From Eledone cirrhosa (taxonomy: Eukaryota), in contig OZ024750.1 of NCBI GenBank assembly GCA_964016885.1, positions 52,080,001-52,144,000 of the forward strand: 64,000 nucleotides of DNA. The letters run 5' to 3'. Shown here one piece after another: positions 40,401 through 56,909 of this stretch; positions within the stretch are counted from its first letter, which is position 1, and each line of letters opens with the position of its first letter. A model generated the notes under the pieces. It was not told the origin of the DNA and ran no database searches. It worked only from the letters and a program-made list of their open reading frames with translations. The position numbers and the translations under genes are program-made.

Positions 40401-43400
40401 CACCAGACTAGAGTAACTACCACACAAGGACCACCCCAAGCTGACCTACAACGACTACACCAGACTAGAGTAACTACCACACAAGGACCACCCCAAGATC
40501 ACCTACAACAACTAGACCAGACTAGAGTAACTACCACACAAGGACCACCCCAAGCTGACCTACAACGACTAGACCAGACTAGAGTAACTACCACACAAGG
40601 ACCACCCCAACATCACCTACAACGACTACACCAGACTAGAGTAACTACCACACAAGGACCACCCCAAGATCACCTACAACGACTACACCAGACTAGAGTA
40701 ACTACCACACAAGGACCACCCCAAGATCACCTACAACGACTAGAGCAGACTAGAGTAACTACCACACAAGGACCACCCCAAGATCACCTACAACGACTAG
40801 AGCAGACTAGAGTAACTACCACACAAGGACCACCCCAAGATCACCTACAACAACTAGACCAGACTAGAGTAACTACCACACAAGGGCCACCCCAAGCTGA
40901 CCTACAACAACTAGACCAGACTAGAGTAACTACCACACAAGGACCACCCCAAGCTGACCTACAACAACTAGACCAGACTAGAGTAACTACCACACAAGGG
41001 CCACCCCAAGCTGACCTACAACAACTAGACCAGACTAGAGTAACTACCACACAAGGGCCACCCCAAGCTGACCTACAACAACTACACCAGACTAGAGTAA
41101 CTACCACACAAGGACCACCCCAAGCTGACCTACAACAACTAGACCAGACTAGAGTAACTACCACACAAGGACCACCCCAAGCTGACCTACAATGACTAGA
41201 CCAGACTAGAGTAACTACCACACAAGGACCACCCCAAGATCACCTACAACGACTAGAGCAGACTAGAGTAACTACCACACAAGGACCACCCCAAGCTGAC
41301 CTACAACAACTAGACCAGACTAGAGTAACTACCACACAAGGGCCACCCCAAGCTGACCTACAACAACTAGACCAGACTAGAGTAACTACCACACAAGGAC
41401 CACCCCAAGCTGACCTACAACGACTACACCAGACTAGAGTAACTACCACACAAGGACCACCCCAAGATCACCTACAACGACTAGAGCAGACTAGAGTAAC
41501 TACCACACAAGGACCACCCCAAGCTGACCTACAACAACTAGACCAGACTAGAGTAACTACCACACAAGGACCACCCCAAGCTGACCTACAACGACTAGAC
41601 CAGACTAGAGTAACTACCACACAAGGACCACCCCAAGCTGACCTACAACAACTAGACCAGACTAGAGTAACTACCACACAAGGACCACCCCAAGCTGACC
41701 TACAACGACTAGACCAGACTAGAGTAACTACCACACAAGGACCACCCCAAGCTGACCTACAATGACTAGACCAGACTAGAGTAACTACCCCCACAAGGAC
41801 CACCCCAAGCTGACCTACAACAACTAGACCAGACTAGAGTAACTACCACACAAGGACCACCCCAAGCTGACCTACAACAACTAGACCAGACTAGAGTAAC
41901 TACCACACAAGGACCACCCCAAGCTGACCTACAACAACTAGACCAGACTAGAGTAACTACCACACAAGGACCACCCCAAGATCACCTACAACGACTAGAC
42001 CAGACTAGAGTAACTACCACACAAGGACCACCCCAAGCTGACCTACAACAACTAGACCAGACTAGAGTAACTACCACACAAGGACCACCCAAGCTGACCT
42101 ACAACGACTAGACTAGACTAGAGTAACTACCACACAAGGACCACCCCAAGCTGACCTACAACGACTAGACCAGACTAGAGTAACTACCACACAAGGACCA
42201 CCCCAAGCTGACCTACAACGACTAGACCAGACTAGAGTAACTACCACACAAGGACCACCCCAACATCACCTACAACGACTAGAGCAGACTAGAGTAACTA
42301 CCACACAAGGACCACCCCAACATCACCTACAACGACTACACCAGACTAGAGTAACTACCACACAAGGACCACCCCAACATCACCTACAACGAGTAGACCA
42401 GACTAGAGTAACTACCACACAAGGACCACCCCAACATCACCTACAACGACTACACCAGACTAGAGTAACTACCACACAAGGACCACCCCAAGATCACCTA
42501 CAACGAGTAGACCAGACTAGAGTAACTACCACACAAGGACCACCCCAACATCACCTACAACGAGTAGACCAGACTAGAGTAACTACCACACAAGGACCAC
42601 CCCAACATCACCTACAACGACTACACCAGACTAGAGTAACTACCACACAAGGACCACCCCAAGCTGACCTACAACGACTAGACTAGACTAGAGTAACTAC
42701 CACACAAGGACCACCCCAAGATCACCTACAACGACTACACCAGACTAGAGTAACTACCACACAAGGACCACCCCAAGCTGACCTACAACGACTAGACCAG
42801 ACTAGAGTAACTACCACACAAGGACCACCCCAAGATCACCTACAACGACTACACCAGACTAGAGTAACTACCACACAAGGACCACCCCAAGATCACCTAC
42901 AACGACTAGACCAGACTAGAGTAACTACCACACAAGGACCACCCCAAGATCACCTACAACGACTAGACTAGACTAGAGTAACTACCCCCACAAGGACCAC
43001 CCCAAGATCACCTACAACGACTACACCAGACTAGAGTAACTACCACACAAGGACCACCCCAAGCTGACCTACAACGACTACACCAGACTAGAGTAACTAC
43101 CACACAAGGACCACCCCAAGATCACCTACAACGACTAGACTAGACTAGAGTAACTACCCACACAAGGACCACCCCAAGCTGACCTACAACGACTAGACCA
43201 GACTAGAGTAACTACCACACAAGGACCACCCCAAGCTGACCTACAACGACTAGACTAGACTAGAGTAACTACCACACAAGGACCACCCCAAGATCACCTA
43301 CAACGACTAGACCAGACTAGAGTAACTACCACACAAGGACCACCCCAAGATCACCTACAACGACTAGACCAGACTAGAGTAACTACCACACAAGGACCAC

Positions 43401-46400
43401 CCCAAGATCACCTACAACGACTAGACCAGACTAGAGTAACTACCACACAAGGACCACCCCAAGATCACCTACAACGACTAGACCAGACTAGAGTAACTAC
43501 CACACAAGGACCACCCCAAGATCACCCACAACAACTAGACTAGACTAGAGTAACTACCACACAAGGACCACCCCAAGCTGACCTACAACGACTAGACTAG
43601 ACTAGAGTAACTACCACACAAGGACCACCCCAAGCTGACCTACAACGACTAGACTAGACTAGAGTAACTACCACACAAGGACCACCCCAAGCTGACCTAC
43701 AACGAGTAGACCAGACTAGAGTAACTACCACACAAGGACCACCCCAAGATCACCCACAACAACTAGACTAGACTAGAGTAACTACCACACAAGGACCACC
43801 CCAAGCTGACCTACAACGACTAGACTAGACTAGAGTAACTACCACACAAGGACCACCCCAAGCTGACCTACAACGACTAGACCAGACTAGAGTAACTACC
43901 ACACAAGGACCACCCCAAGCTGACCTACAACAACTAGACCAGACTAGAGTAACTACCACACAAGGACCACCCCAAGCTGACCTACAACAACTAGACCAGA
44001 CTAGAGTAACTACCACACAAGGACCACCCCAAGCTGACCTACAACAACTAGACCAGACTAGAGTAACTACCACACAAGGACCACCCCAAGCTGACCTACA
44101 ACAACTAGACCAGACTAGAGTAACTACCACACAAGGACCACCCCAAGCTGACCTACAACAACTAGACCAGACTAGAGTAACTACCACACAAGGACCACCC
44201 CAAGCTGACCTACAACGACTAGACCAGACTAGAGTAACTACCACACAAGGACCACCCCAAGCTGACCTACAACAACTAGACCAGACTAGAGTAACTACCA
44301 CACAAGGACCACCCCAAGATCACCTACAACAACTAGACCAGACTAGAGTAACTACCACACAAGGACCACCCAAGCTGACCTACAACAACTACACTAAACT
44401 AGAGTAACTACCACGCAAAGACCACCCCAAGCTGACCTACAACGACTAGACTAGACTAGAGTAACTACCCCCACAAGGACCACCCCAAGATCACCTACAA
44501 CAACTACACCAGACTAGAGTAACTACCACACAAGGACCACCCCAAGATCACCTACAACGACTACACCAGACTAGAGTAACTACCACACAAGGACCACCCC
44601 AAGCTGACCTACAACGACTAGACTAGACTAGAGTAACTACCACACAAGGACCACCCCAAGATCACCTACAACAACTAGACCAGACTAGAGTAACTACCAC
44701 ACAAGGACCACCCCAAGCTGACCTACAACGACTAGACCAGACTAGAGTAACTACCACACAAGGACCACCCCAAGATCACCTACAACAACTAGACTAGACT
44801 AGAGTAACTACCACACAAGGACCACCCCAACCTGACCTACAACAACTAGACTAGACTAGAGTAACTACCACACAAGGACCACCCCAACCTGACCTACAAC
44901 AACTAGACCAGACTAGAGTAACTACCACACAAGGACCACCCCAACCTGACCTACAACAACTAGACCAGACTAGAGTAACTACCACACAAGGACCACCCCA
45001 ACCTGACCTACAACAACTAGACTAGACTAGAGTAACTACCACACAAGGACCACCCCAACCTGACCTACAACGACTAGACCAGACTAGAGTAACTACCACA
45101 CAAGGACCACCCCAAGATCACCTACAACAACTAGACCAGACTACAGTAAGTACCACGCAAGGACCACCCCAAGCTGACCTACAACGACTAGACCAGACTA
45201 GAGTAACTACCACACAAGGACCACCCCAAGCTGACCTACAACAACTAGACCAGACTAGAGTAACTACCACACAAGGACCACCCCAAGCTGACCTACAACA
45301 ACTAGACTAGACTAGAGTAACTACCACACAAGGACCACCCCAACCTGACCTACAACAACTAGACTAGACTAGAGTAACTACCACACAAGGACCACCCCAA
45401 GCTGACCTACAATGACTAGACTAGACTAGAGTAACTACCACACAAGGACCACCCCAACCTGACCTACAACGACTAGACCAGACTAGAGTAACTACCACAC
45501 AAGGACCACCCCAACCTGACCTACAACAACTAGACCAGACTAGAGTAACTACCACACAAGGACCACCCCAAGCTGACCTACAACGACTACACCAGACTAG
45601 AGTAACTACCACACAAGGACCACCCCAACCTGACCTACAACGACTAGACCAGACTAGAGTAACTACCACACAAGGACCACCCCAAGCTGACCTACAACGA
45701 CTAGACCAGACTAGAGTAACTACCACACAAGGACCACCCCAAGATCACCTACAACAACTAGACCAGACTAGAGTAACTACCACACAAGGACCACCCCAAG
45801 ATCACCTACAACGACTAGACCAGACTGGAGTAACTACCACGTAAGGACCACCCCAAGATCACCTACAACGACTAGACTAGACTAGAGTAACTACCACGTA
45901 AGGACCACCCCAAGCTGACCTACAACGACTAGACCAGACTAGAGTAACTACCACACAAGGACCACCCCAAGCTGACCTACAACGACTAGACCAGACTAGA
46001 GTAACTACCACACAAGGACCACCCCAAGATCACCTACAACGACTAGACTAGACTAGAGTAACTACCACACAAGGACCACCCCAAGCTGAGCTACAACGAC
46101 TAGACTAGACTAGAGTAACTACCACACAAGGACCACCCCAAGCTGACCTACAACGACTACACCAGACTAGAGTAACTACCACACAAGGACCACCCCAAGA
46201 TCACCTACAACGACTACACCAGACTAGAGTAACTACCACACAAGGACCACCCAAGCTGACCTACAACGACTAGACTAGACTAGAGTAACTACCACGTAAG
46301 GACCACCCCAAGCTGACCTACAACGACTAGACCAGACTAGAGTAACTACCACACAAGGACCACCCCAAGATCACCTACAACGACTACACCAGACTAGAGT

Positions 46401-49400
46401 AACTACCACACAAGGACCACCCAAGCTGACCTACAACGACTAGACTAGACTAGAGTAACTACCACGTAAGGACCACCCCAAGATCACCTACAACGACTAG
46501 ACCAGACTAGAGTAACTACCACACAAGGACCACCCCAAGCTGACCTACAACGACTAGACCAGACTAGAGTAACTACCACACAAGGACCACCCCAAGCTGA
46601 CCTACAACGACTAGACTAGACTAGAGTAACTACCACGTAAGGACCACCCCAAGCTGACCTACAACGACTAGACCAGACTAGAGTAACTACCACACAAGGA
46701 CCACCCAAGCTGACCTACAACGACTACACCAGACTAGAGTAACTACCACACAAGGACCACCCCAACATCACCTACAACGAGTAGACCAGACTAGAGTAAC
46801 TACCACACAAGGACCACCCCAACATCACCTACAACGACTACACCAGACTAGAGTAACTACCACACAAGGACCACCCCAAGATCACCTACAACGACTAGAG
46901 CAGACTAGAGTAACTACCACACAAGGACCACCCCAACATCACCTACAACGAGTAGACCAGACTAGAGTAACTACCACACAAGGACCACCCCAACATCACC
47001 TACAACGACTACACCAGACTAGAGTAACTACCACACAAGGACCACCCCAAGATCACCTACAACGACTAGAGCAGACTAGAGTAACTACCACACAAGGACC
47101 ACCCCAACATCACCTACAACGACTACACCAGACTAGAGTAACTACCACACAAGGACCACCCCAACATCACCTACAACGACTACACCAGACTAGAGTAACT
47201 ACCACACAAGGACCACCCCAAGATCACCTACAACGACTAGAGCAGACTAGAGTAACTACCACACAAGGACCACCCCAACATCACCTACAACGAGTAGACC
47301 AGACTAGAGTAACTACCACACAAGGACCACCCCAACATCACCTACAACGACTACACCAGACTAGAGTAACTACCACACAAGGACCACCCCAACATCACCT
47401 ACAACGAGTAGACCAGACTAGAGTAACTACCACACAAGGACCACCCCAACATCACCTACAACGACTACACCAGACTAGAGTAACTACCACACAAGGACCA
47501 CCCCAAGCTGACCTACAACGACTAGAGCAGACTAGAGTAACTACCACACAAGGACCACCCCAAGATCACCTACAACGACTAGACCAGACTAGAGTAACTA
47601 CCACACAAGGACCACCCCAAGCTGACCTACAACAACTAGACCAGACTAGAGTAACTACCACACAAGGACCACCCCAAGCTGACCTACAACGACTAGAGCA
47701 GACTAGAGTAACTACCACACAAGGACCACCCCAAGATCACCTACAACGACTAGAGCAGACTAGAGTAACTACCACACAAGGACCACCCCAAGCTGACCTA
47801 CAACAACTAGACCAGACTAGAGTAACTACCACACAAGGACCACCCCAAGCTGACCTACAACGACTAGACCAGACTAGAGTAACTACCACACAAGGACCAC
47901 CCCAAGCTGACCTACAACGACTAGACCAGACTAGAGTAACTACCACACAAGGACCACCCCAAGCTGACCTACAACGACTACACCAGACTAGAGTAACTAC
48001 CACACAAGGACCACCCCAAGCTGACCTACAACGACTAGAGCAGACTAGAGTAACTACCACACAAGGACCACCCCAAGATCACCTACAACGACTAGAGCAG
48101 ACTAGAGTAACTACCACACAAGGACCACCCCAAGCTGACCTACAACAACTAGACCAGACTAGAGTAACTACCACACAAGGACCACCCCAAGCTGACCTAC
48201 AACGACTAGACCAGACTAGAGTAACTACCACACAAGGACCACCCCAAGCTGACCTACAACGACTACACCAGACTAGAGTAACTACCACACAAGGACCACC
48301 CCAAGCTGACCTACAACGACTACACCAGACTAGAGTAACTACCACACAAGGACCACCCCAAGATCACCTACAACAACTAGACCAGACTAGAGTAACTACC
48401 ACACAAGGACCACCCCAAGCTGACCTACAACGACTAGACCAGACTAGAGTAACTACCACACAAGGACCACCCCAACATCACCTACAACGACTACACCAGA
48501 CTAGAGTAACTACCACACAAGGACCACCCCAAGATCACCTACAACGACTACACCAGACTAGAGTAACTACCACACAAGGACCACCCCAAGATCACCTACA
48601 ACGACTAGAGCAGACTAGAGTAACTACCACACAAGGACCACCCCAAGATCACCTACAACGACTAGAGCAGACTAGAGTAACTACCACACAAGGACCACCC
48701 CAAGATCACCTACAACAACTAGACCAGACTAGAGTAACTACCACACAAGGGCCACCCCAAGCTGACCTACAACAACTAGACCAGACTAGAGTAACTACCA
48801 CACAAGGACCACCCCAAGCTGACCTACAACAACTAGACCAGACTAGAGTAACTACCACACAAGGGCCACCCCAAGCTGACCTACAACAACTAGACCAGAC
48901 TAGAGTAACTACCACACAAGGGCCACCCCAAGCTGACCTACAACAACTACACCAGACTAGAGTAACTACCACACAAGGACCACCCCAAGCTGACCTACAA
49001 CAACTAGACCAGACTAGAGTAACTACCACACAAGGACCACCCCAAGCTGACCTACAATGACTAGACCAGACTAGAGTAACTACCACACAAGGACCACCCC
49101 AAGATCACCTACAACGACTAGAGCAGACTAGAGTAACTACCACACAAGGACCACCCCAAGCTGACCTACAACAACTAGACCAGACTAGAGTAACTACCAC
49201 ACAAGGGCCACCCCAAGCTGACCTACAACAACTAGACCAGACTAGAGTAACTACCACACAAGGACCACCCCAAGCTGACCTACAACGACTACACCAGACT
49301 AGAGTAACTACCACACAAGGACCACCCCAAGATCACCTACAACGACTAGAGCAGACTAGAGTAACTACCACACAAGGACCACCCCAAGCTGACCTACAAC

Positions 49401-52400
49401 AACTAGACCAGACTAGAGTAACTACCACACAAGGACCACCCCAAGCTGACCTACAACGACTAGACCAGACTAGAGTAACTACCACACAAGGACCACCCCA
49501 AGCTGACCTACAACAACTAGACCAGACTAGAGTAACTACCACACAAGGACCACCCCAAGCTGACCTACAACGACTAGACCAGACTAGAGTAACTACCACA
49601 CAAGGACCACCCCAAGCTGACCTACAATGACTAGACCAGACTAGAGTAACTACCCCCACAAGGACCACCCCAAGCTGACCTACAACAACTAGACCAGACT
49701 AGAGTAACTACCACACAAGGACCACCCCAAGCTGACCTACAACAACTAGACCAGACTAGAGTAACTACCACACAAGGACCACCCCAAGCTGACCTACAAC
49801 AACTAGACCAGACTAGAGTAACTACCACACAAGGACCACCCCAAGATCACCTACAACGACTAGACCAGACTAGAGTAACTACCACACAAGGACCACCCCA
49901 AGCTGACCTACAACAACTAGACCAGACTAGAGTAACTACCACACAAGGACCACCCAAGCTGACCTACAACGACTAGACTAGACTAGAGTAACTACCACAC
50001 AAGGACCACCCCAAGCTGACCTACAACGACTAGACCAGACTAGAGTAACTACCACACAAGGACCACCCCAAGCTGACCTACAACGACTAGACCAGACTAG
50101 AGTAACTACCACACAAGGACCACCCCAACATCACCTACAACGACTAGAGCAGACTAGAGTAACTACCACACAAGGACCACCCCCAACATCACCTACAACG
50201 ACTACACCAGACTAGAGTAACTACCACACAAGGACCACCCCAACATCACCTACAACGAGTAGACCAGACTAGAGTAACTACCACACAAGGACCACCCCAA
50301 CATCACCTACAACGACTACACCAGACTAGAGTAACTACCACACAAGGACCACCCCAAGATCACCTACAACGAGTAGACCAGACTAGAGTAACTACCACAC
50401 AAGGACCACCCCAACATCACCTACAACGAGTAGACCAGACTAGAGTAACTACCACACAAGGACCACCCCAACATCACCTACAACGACTACACCAGACTAG
50501 AGTAACTACCACACAAGGACCACCCCAAGTGACCTACAACGACTAGACTAGACTAGAGTAACTACCACACAAGGACCACCCCAAGATCACCTACAACGAC
50601 TACACCAGACTAGAGTAACTACCACACAAGGACCACCCCAAGCTGACCTACAACGACTAGACCAGACTAGAGTAACTACCACACAAGGACCACCCCAAGA
50701 TCACCTACAACGACTACACCAGACTAGAGTAACTACCACACAAGGACCACCCCAAGATCACCTACAACGACTAGACCAGACTAGAGTAACTACCACACAA
50801 GGACCACCCCAAGATCACCTACAACGACTAGACTAGACTAGAGTAACTACCCCCACAAGGACCACCCCAAGATCACCTACAACGACTACACCAGACTAGA
50901 GTAACTACCACACAAGGACCACCCCAAGCTGACCTACAACGACTACACCAGACTAGAGTAACTACCACACAAGGACCACCCCAAGATCACCTACAACGAC
51001 TAGACTAGACTAGAGTAACTACCCACACAAGGACCACCCCAAGCTGACCTACAACGACTAGACCAGACTAGAGTAACTACCACACAAGGACCACCCCAAG
51101 CTGACCTACAACGACTAGACTAGACTAGAGTAACTACCACACAAGGACCACCCCAAGATCACCTACAACGACTAGACCAGACTAGAGTAACTACCACACA
51201 AGGACCACCCCAAGCTGACCTACAACGACTAGACCAGACTAGAGTAACTACCACACAAGGACCACCCCAAGATCACCTACAACGACTAGACCAGACTAGA
51301 GTAACTACCACACAAGGACCACCCCAAGATCACCTACAACGACTAGACCAGACTAGAGTAACTACCACACAAGGACCACCCCAAGATCACCCACAACAAC
51401 TAGACTAGACTAGAGTAACTACCACACAAGGACCACCCCAAGCTGACCTACAACGACTAGACTAGACTAGAGTAACTACCACACAAGGACCACCCCAAGC
51501 TGACCTACAACGACTAGACTAGACTAGAGTAACTACCACACAAGGACCACCCCAAGCTGACCTACAACGAGTAGACCAGACTAGAGTAACTACCACACAA
51601 GGACCACCCCAAGATCACCCACAACAACTAGACTAGACTAGAGTAACTACCACACAAGGACCACCCCAAGCTGACCTACAACGACTAGACTAGACTAGAG
51701 TAACTACCACACAAGGACCACCCCAAGCTGACCTACAACGACTAGACCAGACTAGAGTAACTACCACACAAGGACCACCCCAAGCTGACCTACAACAACT
51801 AGACCAGACTAGAGTAACTACCACACAAGGACCACCCCAAGCTGACCTACAACAACTAGACCAGACTAGAGTAACTACCACACAAGGACCACCCCAAGCT
51901 GACCTACAACAACTAGACCAGACTAGAGTAACTACCACACAAGGACCACCCCAAGCTGACCTACAACAACTAGACCAGACTAGAGTAACTACCACACAAG
52001 GACCACCCCAAGCTGACCTACAACAACTAGACCAGACTAGAGTAACTACCACACAAGGACCACCCCAAGCTGACCTACAACGACTAGACCAGACTAGAGT
52101 AACTACCACACAAGGACCACCCCAAGCTGACCTACAACAACTAGACCAGACTAGAGTAACTACCACACAAGGACCACCCCAAGATCACCTACAACAACTA
52201 GACCAGACTAGAGTAACTACCACACAAGGACCACCCCAAGCTGACCTACAACGACTAGACCAGACTAGAGTAACTACCACACAAGGACCACCCCAAGATC
52301 ACCTACAACGACTACACCAGACTAGAGTAACTACCACACAAGGACCACCACAAGATCACCTACAACGACTACACCAGACTAGAGTAACTACCACACAAGG

Positions 52401-55400
52401 ACCACCCCAAGCTGACCTACAACGACTAGACTAAACTAGAGTAACTACCACACAAGGACCACCCCAAGATCACCTACAACGACTAGACCAGACTAGAGTA
52501 ACTACCACACAAGGACCACCCCAAGCTGACCTACAACAACTAGACCAGACTAGAGTAACTACCACACAAGGACCACCCCAAGCTGACCTACAACAACTAG
52601 AGCAGACTAGAGTAACTACCACACAAGGACCACCCCAAGATCACCTACAACAACTAGACCAGACTAGAGTAACTACCACACAAGGACCACCCCAAGCTGA
52701 CCTACAACAACTAGACCAGACTAGAGTAACTACCACACAAGGACCACCCCAAGATCACCTACAACGACTAGACAAGACTAGAGTAACTACCACACAAGGA
52801 CCACCCCAAGATCACCTACAACGAGTAGACCAGACTAGAGTAACTACCACACAAGGACCACCCCAAGATCACCTACAACGAGTAGACCAGACTAGAGTAA
52901 CTACCACACAAGGACCACCCCAAGATCACCTACAACGACTAGACCAGACTAGAGTAACTACCAGACAAGGACCACCCCAAGCTGACCTACAACGACTACA
53001 CCAGACTAGAGTAACTACCACACAAGGACCACCCCAAGATCACCTACAACGACTAGACCAGACTAGAGTAACTACCACACAAGGACCACCCCAAGCTGAC
53101 CTACAACGACTACACCAGACTAGAGTAACTAGCACACAAGGACCACCCCAAGCTGACCTACAACGACTAGACCAGACTAGAGTAACTACCACGTAAGGAC
53201 CACCCCAAGCTGACCTACAACAACTAGACCAGACTAGAGTAACTACCACACAAGGACCACCCCAAGCTGACCTACAACGGCTAGACCAGACTAGAGTAAC
53301 TACCACACAAGGACCACCCCAAGATCACCTACAACGACTAGACCAGACTAGAGTAACTACCACACAAGGACCACCCCAAGATCACCTACAACGACTAGAC
53401 AAGACTAGAGTAACTACCACACAAGGACCACCCCAAGATCACCTACAACGAGTAGACCAGACTAGAGTAACTACCACACAAGGACCACCCCAAGATCAAC
53501 TACAACGAGTAGACCAGACTAGAGTAACTACCACACAAGGACCACCCCAAGCCGACCTACAACAGCTAGACCAGACTAGAGTAAGTAGCACGCAAGGACC
53601 ACCCCAAGATCACCTACAACGACTAGACAAGACTAGAGTAACTACCACACAAGGACCACCCCAAGATCACCTACAACGAGTAGACCAGACTAGAGTAACT
53701 ACCACACAAGGACCACCCCAAGATCAACTACAACGAGTAGACCAGACTAGAGTAACTACCACACAAGGACCACCCCAAGATCACCTACAACGACTAGACA
53801 AGACTAGAGTAACTACCACACAAGGACCACCCCAAGATCACCTACAACGAGTAGACCAGACTAGAGTAACTACCACACAAGGACCACCCCAAGATCACCT
53901 ACAACGAGTAGACCAGACTAGAGTAACTACCACACAAGGACCACCCCAAGATCACCTACAACGACTAGACCAGACTAGAGTAACTACCACACAAGGACCA
54001 CCCCAAGCTGACCTACAACGACTAGACCAGACTAGAGTAACTACCACACAAGGACCACCCCAAGCTGACCTACAACGACTAGACCAGACTAGAGTAACTA
54101 CCACACAAGGACCACCCCAAGATCACCTACAACGAGTAGACCAGACTAGAGTAACTACCACACAAGGACCACCCCAAGCTGACCTACAACGAGTAGACCA
54201 GACTAGAGTAACTACCACACAAGGACCACCCCAAGCTGACCTACAACGACTAGACCAGACTAGAGTAACTACCACACAAGGACCACCCCAAGATCACCTA
54301 CAACGAGTAGACCAGACTAGAGTAACTACCACACAAGGACCACCCCAAGATCACCTACAACGAGTAGACCAGACTAGAGTAACTACCACACAAGGACCAC
54401 CCCAAGCTGACCTACAACGACTAGACCAGACTAGAGTAACTACCACACAAGGACCACCCCAAGCTGACCTACAACGACTACACCAGACTAGAGTAACTAC
54501 CACACAAGGACCACCCCAAGCTGACCTACAACAACTAGACTAGACTAGAGTAACTACCACACAAGGACCACCCCAAGCTGACCTACAACGACTAGACCAG
54601 ACTAGAGTAACTACCACACAAGGACCACCCCAAGCTGACCTACAACGACTAGACCAGACTAGAGTAACTACCACACAAGGACCACCCCAAGCTGACCTAC
54701 AACGACTAGACCAGACTAGAGTAACTACCACACAAGGACCACCCCAAGCTGACCTACAACAACTAGACCAGACTAGAGTAACTACCACACAAGGACCACC
54801 CCAAGCTGACCTACAACGACTAGACCAGACTAGAGTAACTACCACACAAGGACCACCCCAAGATCACCTACAACGGCTAGACCAGACTAGAGTAACTAGC
54901 ACACAAGAACCACCCCAAGCTGACCTACAACGACTAGACCAGACTAGAGTAACTACCACACAAGGACCACCCCAAGATCACCTACAACGGCTAGACCAGA
55001 CTAGAGTAACTAGCACACAAGAACCACCCCAAGCTGACCTACAACGACTAGACCAGACTAGAGTAACTACCACACAAGGACCAGCCCAAGCTGACCTACA
55101 ACGACTAGACCAGACTAGAGTAACTACCACACAAGGACCACCCCAAGATCACCTACAACGGCTAGACCAGACTAGAGTAACTAGCACACAAGAACCACCC
55201 CAAGCTGACCTACAACGACTAGACCAGACTAGAGTAACTACCACACAAGGACCACCCCAAGCTGACCTACAACGACTAGACCAGACTAGAGTAACTACCA
55301 CACAAGGACCACCCCAAGATCACCTATAACGGCTAGACCAGACTAGAGTAACTACCACACAAGGACCACCCCAAGATCACCTACAACGACTAGACCTGAC

Positions 55401-55892
55401 TAGAGTAACTACCACACAAGGACCACCCCAAGCTGACCTACAACGACTAGACCAGACTAGAGTAACTAGCACACAAGAACCACCCCAAGCTGACCTACAA
55501 CGACTAGACCAGACTAGAGTAACTACCACACAAGGACCACCCCAAGCTGACCTACAACGACTAGACCAGACTAGAGTAACTACCACACAAGGACCACCCC
55601 AAGATCACCTACAACGGCTAGACCAGACTAGAGTAACTAGCACACAAGAACCACTCCAAGATCACTTACAACGACTAGACCAGACTAGAGTAACTACCAC
55701 ACAAGGACCACCCCAAGCTGACCTACAACGACTAGACCAGACTAGAGTAACTAGCACACAAGGACCACCCCAAGATCACTTACAACGACTAGACCAGACT
55801 AGAGTAACTAGCACACAAGGACCACCCCAAGATCACTTACAACGACTAGACCAGACTAGAGTAACTACCACGCAAGGACCGCCCAAGCCGAC
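34431..55892 (+). repeat. 57-bp tandem array, ~376 units (ACTAGAGTAACTACCACACAAGGACCACCCCAAGCTGACCTACAACGACTAGACCAG)
   Basis: Unit counted directly; copy number is length/57. One frame reads TRVTTTQGPPQADLQRLDQ. Confidence 0.97.
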
Positions 55893-56123
55893 AGGCCAGG
55901 CAATGACACATACCACTGCCAAGGAGGTAAAGCCATGCACTTCTGCTACCCTAACGACTCGAAGCCTAGCACACAAATACGTTTTAATAGGGACCAAAGA
56001 TTAAATGATACAAACCAAACCAGAGCACCTAAGACAAATACCCCTGCCCACAACACACTCCCACACACACATCAAACCACAGCAACCGCACTAATGTCGT
56101 AGGATCCGAAGCAGATCCGTGAC

Positions 56124-56909
56124 ATGGTACAACGCCCTGTACTCAATACACGTTGCTACCAATGTACCAGTAATATTCTTCAGTACCCTCGACCAATCCT
56201 TTCCACACACACACACACACACCACAAGCTCTGTAACAGACATACGGTAAAATTCTCCTTCTCCACAACACCTAATCTAGCCGACACCATAGCATACACT
56301 AATAGGATCAAAATAAGGAAACACAAGCAAGCACCCCCCCCCCTCCCTCAAACAACTACTAGCACAGTCCAAAACAACACCGCACAGATAATACATAACA
56401 ACGCTCAACTACATGCTAACTCCAACCAAAATGAGACCATCCGGCATAACAACAACTCAATAGCCCCCAGGTGCAACTGTAAAAAGCTGGAGGAATGCCC
56501 ACTAAAAGTGGAGTGCCCCATCAGGAACATTGTGTACCAGTGCGATGTCATGGCTGGGTGCTATGAATACACCTATATAGGCACGACCTCGACAAACTTT
56601 AAGGAACGGCTTTACAACCACAGACTTAAAAACTCCCAAACCAGACTGGTAGATTTGATCTGGGACCTCAAGGATAGGAACCTGAAATACCAGATCAAAT
56701 GTTCAGTTAGGAGACGCGTGGCCCAACTTCCCACCGAAGGAAGCCACTGCAGATTGATCCTGGCAGAATCGGTCGAGATCATTAAATTAAAATCGGCCAT
56801 AAATTTGAGATTGGAAATCCTCCTAAACTGCAGACGCACGAAAAAGGATTCATTCTCCGCCATGGTATTCGCATATAAACCGCGGACAGACCAAAACTTA
56901 ACCACCTGA
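56124..56909 (+). pseudogene. Linker plus GIY-YIG endonuclease of the split Naiad element
   Basis: NRHTVKFSFSTTPNL, CNCKKLEECPL, IVYQC...YIGTTSTNFKERLYNH, IWDLK. Confidence 0.85.

Noticed and set aside
34431-55892. CRISPR array or long repeat-protein gene
   Set aside because: Units are contiguous with no unique spacers and no cas genes; the + frame is broken by TAG variants and 1-bp deletions; minus-strand ORFs are repeat artefacts.
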